Positions 55,010-64,000 of a stretch of DNA of 64,000 nucleotides are shown here, piece after piece. The position numbers and the translations under genes are program-made. The notes beneath the pieces are model-generated. The model was not told the DNA's origin, searched no databases, and worked only from the letters and a program-made list of their open reading frames with translations. The DNA lies in contig CM022670.1 of assembly GCA_012295275.1 (NCBI GenBank), positions 5,642,001-5,706,000 on the forward strand, in the 5' to 3' direction. The DNA comes from Chrysomallon squamiferum. Its lineage: Eukaryota; Animalia; Mollusca. Every line of letters starts with the position of its first letter. Position 1 is the first letter of the stretch.

Positions 55010-58000
55010 ACCTGATAAACACACTATGTCTGCACTGTACACCTTATAATACACACTACATCTATACTGTAATCTGATAGTGTCTGTATTATACACCTGT
55101 ATACTGTACACCTTAAAATACACTCTATATCTATACTATAATCTAATAGTTTCTGTACCATACACCTAATAAACACACTATGTCTGTACTGTACACCTTA
55201 TAATACACACTACATCTATACTGTAATCTAATAGTTTCTGTACCATACACCTAATAAACACATTATGTCTGTACTGTACACCTTAAAAACAAATTTTATC
55301 TATACTGTAATCTGATAGTGTCTGTACTATACACCTGATAAACAATGTGTCTCTACTGTACCCCTGATAAACAATGTGTCTCTACTGTACCCCTGATAAA
55401 CAGTGTGTCTCTACTGTACCCCTGATAAACAGTGTGTCTCTACTGTACCCCTGATAAACAGTGTGTCTCTACTGTACCCCTGATAAACAATGTGTCTCTA
55501 CTGTACCCCTGATAAACAGTGTGTCTCTACTGTACCCCTGATAAACAGTGTGTCTCTACTGTACCCCTGATAAACAGTGTGTCTCTACTGTACCCCTGAT
55601 AAACAGTGTGTCTCTACTGTACCCCTGATAAACAGTGTGTCTCTACTGTACCCCTGATAAACAATGTGTCTCTACTGTACCCCTGATAAACAGTGTGTCT
55701 CTACTGTACACCTGATAAACAATGTGTCTCTACTGTACACCTGATAAACACTGTCTGTACTGTACACCTGATAAACAGTGTGTCTCTACTGTACACCTGA
55801 TAAACACTGTGTCTCTACTGTACACCTGATAAACACTGTGTCTCTACTGTACACCTGATAAACACTGTCTCTACTGTCTCTACTGTACACCTGATAAACA
55901 GTGTGTCTCTACTGTAAACAGTGTGTCTGATAAAACAGTGTGTCTCTACTGTACATCTGATAAACAGTGTGTCTCTACTGTACACCTGATAAACAATGTG
56001 TCTCTACTGTACACCTGATAAACACTGTGTCTCTACTGTACACCTGATAAACACTGTGTCTCTACTGTACACCTGATAAACAGTGTGTCTCTACTGTACA
56101 CCTGATAAACAATTTGTCTCTACTGTACACCTGATAAACAGTGTGTCTCTACTGTACACCTGATAAACAGTGTGTCTCTACTGTACATCTGATAAAGTTT
56201 GTCTGCACTGTACACCTGATAAACAGTTTGTCTGCACTGTACATCTGATAAACAGTTTGTCTGCACTGTACATCTGATAAACAGTCTGTACTGTACATCT
56301 GATAAACAGTTTGTCTGTACTGTACATCTGATAAACACTGTGTCTCTACTGTACACCTGATAAACAGTTTGTCTCTACTGTACATCTGATAAACACTGTG
56401 TCTCTACTGTACATCTGATAAACACTGTCTGTACTGTACACCTGATAAACACTGTGTCTCTACTGTACACCTGATAAACAGTGTGTCTCTACTGTACACC
56501 TGATAAACACTGTGTCTCTACTGTACACCTGATAAACACTGTCTGTACTGTACACCTGATAAACAGTGTGTCTCTACTGTACACCTGATAAACAATGTGT
56601 CTCTACTGTACACCTGATAAACACTGTGTCTCTACTGTACACCTGATAAACACTGTGTCTCTACTGTACACCTGATAAACACTGTGTCTCTACTGTTCAC
56701 CTGATAAACACTGTGTCTCTACTGTACACCTGATAAACACTGTGTCTCTACTGTACATCTGATAAACACTGTGTCTCTACTGTACATCTGATAAACACTG
56801 TGTCTCTACTGTACTCTGATAAACACTGTGTCTCTACTGTACACCTGATAAACACTGTGTCTCTACTGTACATCTGATAAACACTGTGTCTCTACTGTAC
56901 ACCTGATAAACACTGTGTCTCTACTGTACACCTGATAAACACTGTGTCTCTACTGTACAATAAACACTGTGTCTCTACTGTACACCTGATAAACACTGTG
57001 TCTCTACTGTACACCTGATAAACACTGTGTCTCTACTGTTCACCTGATAAACACTGTGTCTGCACTGTACACCTGATAAACAGTGTGTCTCTACTGTACA
57101 TCTGATAAACACTGTGTCTCTACTGTACACCTGATAAACAGTTTGTCTGCTACTGTACATCTGATAAACAGTTTGTCTCTACTGTACATCTGATAAACAC
57201 TGTGTCTGTACTGTACATCTGATAAACAGTTTGTCTCTACTGTACATCTGATAAACACTGTACTGTACACCTGATAAACACTGTGTCTCTACTGTACACC
57301 TGATAAACACTGTGTCTCTACTGTACATCTGATAAACAGTGTGTCTCTACTGTACACCTGATAAACAGTGTGTCTCTACTGTACACCTGATAAACACTGT
57401 GTCTCTACTGTACACCTGATAAACAGTGTGTCTCTACTGTACACCTGATAAACACTGTGTCTCTACTGTACACCTGATAAACACTGTGTCTCTACTGTAC
57501 ACCTGATAAACACTGTGTCTCTACTGTACACCTGATAAACACTGTGTCTCTACTGTACACCTGATAAACACTGTGTCTCTACTGTACACCTGATAAACAC
57601 TGTCTGTACTGTACACCTGATAAACACTGTGTCTCTACTGTACACCTGATAAACACTGTGTCTCTACTGTACACCTGATAAACACTGTGTCTCTACTGTA
57701 CACCTGATAAACACTCTACTGTACACCTGATAAACAGTGTGTCTCTACTGTACATCTGATAAACAATGTGTCTCTACTGTACACCTGATAAACACTGTCT
57801 CTACTGTACACCTGATAAACACTGTGTCTCTACTGTACACCTGATAAACAGTGTGTCTCTACTGTACACCTGATAAACAGTGTGTCTCTACTGTACACCT
57901 GATAAACAGTGTGTCTCTACTGTACACCTGATAAACAGTGTGTCTGTACTGTACACCTGATAAACACTGTGTCTCTACTGTACACCTGATAAACACTGTC

Positions 58001-59725
58001 TCTACTGTACACCTGATAAACACTGTGTCTGTGTACACCTGATAAACAGTGTGTCTCTACTGTACACCTGATAAACAATGTGTCTCTACTGTACACCTGA
58101 TAAACAGTGTGTCTCTACTGTACACCTGATAAACACTGTGTCTGTACTGTACACCTGATAAACAGTGTGTCTCTACTGTACACCTGATAAACAATGTGTC
58201 TCTACTGTACACCTGATAAACACTGTGTCTACTGTACACCTGATAAACACTGTGTCTCTACTGTACACCTGATAAACACTGTGTCTCTACTGTACACCTG
58301 ATAAACACTGTGTCTCTACTGTACACCTGATAAACAGTGTGTCTCTACTGTACACCTGATAAACAATGTGTCTCTACTGTACACCTGATAAACAATGTGT
58401 CTCTACTGTACACCTGATAAACACTGTGTCTGTACTGTACACCTGATAAACAGTGTGTCTCTACTGTACACCTGATAAACAGTGTGTCTCTACTGTACAC
58501 CTGATAAACAGTAATAAACACTGTGTCTCTACTGTACACCTGATAAACACCTGACTGTAACAGTGTGTCTCTACTGTACACCTGATAAACAGTGTCTCTA
58601 CTGTACACCTGATAAACAGTGTGTCTCTCTTGTACATCTGATAAACAGTGTGTCTGTACTGTACACCTGATAAACACTGTGTCTCTACTGTACACCTGAT
58701 AAACAGTGTGTCTCTACTGTACACCTGATAAACAGTGTGTCTCTACTGTACATCTGATAAACACTGTGTCTCTACTGTACACCTGATAAACACTGTGTCT
58801 CTACTGTACACCTGATAAACACTGTGTCTCTACTGTACACCTGATAAACACTGTGTCTCTACTGTACACCTGATAAACACTGTGTCTCTACTGTACACCT
58901 GATAAACAGTGTGTCTCTATTGTACATCTGATAAACAGTTTGTCTGTACTGTACACCTGATAAACAGTGTGTCTGATAAACACTGTCTCTACACCTGATA
59001 AACAGTGTGTCTGTACTGTACACCTGATAAACACTGTCTCTACTGTACATCTGATAAACACTGTGTCTCTACTGTACACCTGATAAACACTGTGTCTCTA
59101 CTGTACACCTGATAAACACTGTGTCTCTACTGTACACCTGATAAACACTGTGTCTCTACTGTACATCTGATAAACACTGTGTCTCTACTGTACACCTGAT
59201 AAACAGTTTGTCTGTACTGTACACCTGATAAACAGTGTGTCTGTACTGTACACCTGATAAACACTGTGTCTGTACTGTACACCTGATAAACACTGTGTCT
59301 CTACTGTACACCTGATAAACAGTGTGTCTCTACTGTACACCTGATAAACAGTGTGTCTGTACTGTACACCTGATAAACACTGTGTCTGTACTGTACACCT
59401 GATAAACACTGTGTCTGTACTGTACACCTGATAAACAGTGTGTCTCTACTGTACATCTGATAAACACTGTCTGTACTGTACACCTGATAAACAGTTTGTC
59501 TGTACTGTACACCTGATAAACAGTGTCTCTACTGTACATCTGATAAACAGTGTGTCTCTACTGTACACCTGATAAACACTGTGTCTCTACTGTACACCTG
59601 ATAAACAGTGTGTCTCTACTGTACACCTGATAAACAGTGTGTCTGTACTGTACACCTGATAAACAGTTTGTCTGTACTGTACACCTGATAAACAGTGTGT
59701 CTGTACTGTACACCTGATAAACTCT
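55010..59725. repeat. 4.7-kb 29-bp satellite array
   Basis: Unit ctgataaacactgtgtctctactgtacac, roughly 160 copies. Confidence 0.97.
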
Positions 59726-60204
59726 CTGTGTCTGTCACTGAGAAACAGGCTTAGTTTATATTGTAGAAATGATAAGCATAATATTCACCAGACAACAACC
59801 TTTTTGTAATTATGTCACTATATTGTAAATTAGTCACGTGACAGCTATCACTAACAAAAATTCTCCACCAGTTTATGTAATGCTCATTGTTTAATCACTT
59901 AGGCTAAAGTGTGTTATTTGTATAAAGCTTGTGTTGATTGGTCTGTGTGAAGGGTGTTTATGTAATATTATCACTGATTGGTTTAAAACGACTCCTGGGA
60001 GCCAATAATCACCTTAGTTAAACTGATAACATCTGTGTCTCTTCATTATTTATTCATTGGAAAACAATTTATTATTTTCACTTCATTTAATATCCTTCAT
60101 GGTTTAATTATTTGTCAAATCATATAAATATCACTTTATTCAAACTAGGTGAAGAAAAAATACAATATAAAAATAGAAGTACACATTACAATGCTTCATT
60201 TTTT

Positions 60205-61110
60205 ATATAATCATGTTACTCTGTGTTTACTAATAGAATCATGTTACTCTGTGTTTACTAACAATCATGTTACTCTGTGTTTACTAATAGAATCATGTTA
60301 CTCTGTGTTTACTAACAGAATCATGTTACTCTGTGTTTACTAATAGAATCATGTTACTCTGTGTTTACTAACAGAATCATGTTACTCTGTGTTTACTAAT
60401 AGAATCATGTTACTCTGTGTTTACTAACAGAATCATGTTACTCCGTGTTTATTAATGGAATCATGTTACTCTGTGTTTACTAATAGAATCATCTTACTCT
60501 GTGTTTACTAATAGAATCATGTTACTCTGTGTTTACTAATAGAATCATGTTATTCTGTGTTTACTAATAGAATCATGTTACTCTGTGTTTACTAATAGAA
60601 TCATGTTACTCTGTGTTTACTAACAGAATCATGTTACTCCATGTTTATTAATAGAATCATGTTACTCTGTGTTTACTAATAGAATCATGTTACTCTGTGT
60701 TTACTAATAGAATCATGTTACTCTGTGTTTACTAATAGAATCATGTTATTTTCACTTTATTAATAGAATCATGTTACTCTGTGTTTACTAATAGAATCAT
60801 GTTACTCTGTGTTTACTAACAGAATCATGTTACTGTGTTTATTAATAGAATCATGTTACTCTGTGTTTACTAATAGAATCATCTTACATGTTTTACTAAT
60901 AGAATCATGTTACTCTGTGTTTACTAATAGAATCATGTTATTCTGTGTTTACTAATAGAATCATGTTACTCTGTGTTTACTAATAGAATCATGTTACTCT
61001 GTGTTTACTAACAGAATCATGTTATTACGTGTTGACTAATAGAATCATAAAAAGTTGTGTTTACTAATAAACTCATGTTACTGTGTATTTACTATTAGAA
61101 TCATGTTATC
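60205..61110. repeat. 28-bp minisatellite
   Basis: Unit actaatagaatcatgttactctgtgttt. Confidence 0.95.
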
Positions 61111-61114
61111 CTGG

Positions 61115-62318
61115 TTGCACATAAAAATACTGTGTATATTTCCGGTGTACATACCAATACTATGTATATTTCATGTGTACATACAAATACTGTGTATATT
61201 TCACGTGTACATATCAATACTATGTATATTTCAGGTGTACATATAAATACTGTGTATATTTCACGTGTACATACCAATACTTTGTACCTTTCAGGTGTAC
61301 ATATAAATACTGTGTATATTTCACGTGTTCATATAAATAAGGTGTATATTTTACACGTACATACAAATACTGTGTATATTTCAGGTGTACATACAAATAC
61401 TGTGTATATTTCACGTGTACATACCAATACTGTGTATATTTCCGGTGTACATACCAATACTGTGTATATTTCATGTGTACATACAAATACTGTGTATATT
61501 TCATGTGTACATATAAATACTGTGTATATTTCATGTGTACATATAAATACTGTGTATATTTCACGTGTTCATATAAATACTGTGTATATTTCATGTGTTC
61601 ATATAAATACTGTGTATATTTCATGTGTTCATATAAATACTGTGTATATTTCATGTGTTCATATAAATACTGTGTATATTTCATGTGTTCATAAAAATAC
61701 TGTGTATATTTCATGTGTACATATAAATACTGTGTATATTTCACGTGTTCATATAACTACTGTGTATATTTCATGTGTACATATAAATACTTTGTACATT
61801 TCAGGTGTACATATAAATACTGTGTATATTTCACGTGTACATAAAAATACTGTGTATATTTCAGGTGTACATATAACTACTGTGTATATTTCATGTGTTC
61901 ATATAAATAAGGTGTATATTTTACATGTACATATAAATACTGGGTATATTTCACATGTACATACAAATACTGTGTATATTTCACTTGTTCATATAAATAA
62001 GGTGTATATTTTGTGTGTACATATAAATACTGCATATATTTCATGTGTACATATAAATACTGTGTATATTTCGCATGTACATACAAATACTGTGTTTATT
62101 TCATGTGTACATATAAATCTGGTGTCTATTTTATGAGTACATATAAATACTGTGTAGATTTCACATATTCATATAAATAAGGTGTATATTTCATGTGTTC
62201 ATATAAATACTTTGTATATTTCTGCCATGCATTTAAATGTTGTCTGTATTTCATGTATACATATAAATACTGTGTATATTTCACATGTAACTATAAATAC
62301 TGTGCATATTTCAGGTGT
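61115..62318. repeat. 30-bp minisatellite whose last copy forms the TRPC exon acceptor
   Basis: Unit atataaatactgtgtatatttcatgtgtac, about 40 copies. The final copy reads tgcatatttcag|gtgtgg. Confidence 0.95.
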
Positions 62319-62334
62319 GGTCTGATTGTGAGAC

Positions 62335-62748
62335 ATGGACCGGGTGTACATGCAGTACAAGCAGTCGATGTTGAACACCAGTAGAATGATGGATGACTTA
62401 GGTGTTGATGCGGATGGTGACAGTTTTGGGATGGGAGTGATTCGTAAGGAGCAAGATCTCAGCAATGACGAGAAGCAGTACCTGTTGGCTGTGGAGAGAG
62501 GCGATGTCCCCTCAACACGTAACTACCTCAACAACCTCGCTGTCAACAAAATCAACATCAACTGTGTAGACCCACTGGGTCGGACAGCTCTGCTGATTGC
62601 TATAGAAAATGAAAACATTGAAATGATTGAGCTTCTTCTTTCGTTCAATGTCGAGGTGGGTGATGCTCTCTTGCATGCTATCAATGAGCAGAATGTGGAA
62701 GCTGTTGAGCTGTTGCTAAACCACGAAGTTGCCACAAAAGGAGAAGAG
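62335..62748 (+). CDS. TRPC-family (TRP-gamma/TRPL-like) cation channel, first coding exon with N-terminal ankyrin repeats; gene continues beyond the window
   Basis: [12 protein letters not shown]...[29 protein letters not shown]...[21 protein letters not shown] is the hallmark TRPC N-terminus. Acceptor tttcag ends at 62314, there is an in-frame TGA upstream of the ATG, and the donor GAG|gtaaaa starts at 62749. Confidence 0.9.
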
Positions 62749-63164
62749 GTAAAAAAGATTTTCAATCAGTTTGTAATTCTGCATTCAGGATTATTTTTAT
62801 TTTCAGAAAGTGTATCCTGATATTCTTATTTTGAAGAAAGAAAATCTATACATTTCATTAAGAACATCAATGTTGTAATATGTGTCTGTATAATGACATT
62901 ACTTGACTGGTTACTTTAATATGGTACATCAATAAAGTGAGAACTTGTCTGTGAGATTAGCTGTACATCATAAAAACATTTCTAAACCTCCAGTGTGAGA
63001 TTTTTATCTTGTGTTTGCCTGACTGGTTAAAAAAGAACATGGTGTTAATTAGTGCATTTTGACGTGTGAATTGATGAGCACATTTGGACAGATTTTTGAC
63101 AAATGATTCTCCCATAGGTCAATTGTACATTTACTATATATATTTACTGCATATTATATTATTT

Positions 63165-63207
<43 letters not shown>

Positions 63208-64000
63208 TTATAACAGCATATGTTATTAGTAAATACTATTATATATTTTGGATAAGAATATATTTTTTATTGATTAAATTTATAAATAAATAAATAATCT
63301 GAAGTAACCTGACAAAACTGATAGCATAACCAGAAGCAACACAAGTAGTAAAGTTAACAAAGAGCAGTGTACAGTGCAATATAACAGTAATTAGCAGTGA
63401 TAACCTACAGTAACCTCCATTGTTAATACGTAGTAACCTTCCATGGTAACCATTGGTAACCAGTAGTAAGAGTAGGAATAGGAATAGCCTGGGACAGCTA
63501 AGTGACCTTTTTGAGAATTACTGGTTCTCTTTGTGGAGGTGAGGAAAGCGTGAGAGGAATAAAGTGGATTTGAAGATCATTGATCCAATTCATCATCTGC
63601 TGGCTGAGTGTGTCATTATGAGACAGCCATTACTGTGAAGAGTCAATTTGAAATTAATCACAACTTTCCAATTTGTTTAGCTGTGAGCGCACATTTCTCA
63701 AACTAATGTGCATTAAGGCAAACTGATCCACGTAGATTAGCATATACTGGAAATTGCACTTTCCTAATTAGTTGCTTTGATGACTGAAAACTAACACAGT
63801 TTAATAGAACTTAACTATTGTTAACTCTCTTTTCTTTTTCTCTTCCTGTTTTTTTTTGTTTTGTTTTAGTTGTTATTTTGTTTGTTTATTAGTCAGGTTA
63901 TCAATGGCTGCAATGGTCATGTTGTAGATAAACAGTTGTTTATCTTGTGTCAAGGAGCCTGCTGTGACGTTACACAATATAGACCTGATCTCTCTCGCTA

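Noticed and set aside
61132-62136. 334-aa ORF of VHINTVYISC repeats
   Set aside because: It is a 30-bp satellite (a multiple of 3) lying in an intron upstream of the TRPC acceptor.

Overview
AT-rich, intron-rich animal genomic DNA; the abundance of minisatellites suggests an invertebrate such as a mollusc, but this is inference. It is not prokaryotic, and most ORFs in the supplied track are tandem-repeat artefacts. Splicing exons by eye gives four genes. (1) Minus strand, 11630-23384: a 25-exon gene encoding a PLP-dependent class-V cysteine desulfurase fused to a bacterial-type TtcA (tRNA C32 2-thiolase) PP-loop domain. The long linker exon has an apparent frameshift near 15915. (2) Minus strand, 7313 to <1: a tandem paralog with 14 desulfurase exons visible, running off the window and showing patchwork near-identity to gene 1. 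(3) Plus strand, 24658-26407: a 3-exon WD40/SOCS-box gene, head-to-head with gene 1. (4) Plus strand, 62335-62748: the first coding exon of a TRPC/TRP-gamma-like channel. The rest is non-coding, with a decayed L1/Tx1-like LINE, a decayed DNA transposase and over 20 minisatellites. Several arrays copy splice junctions, and two pairs of arrays are inverted relative to each other.
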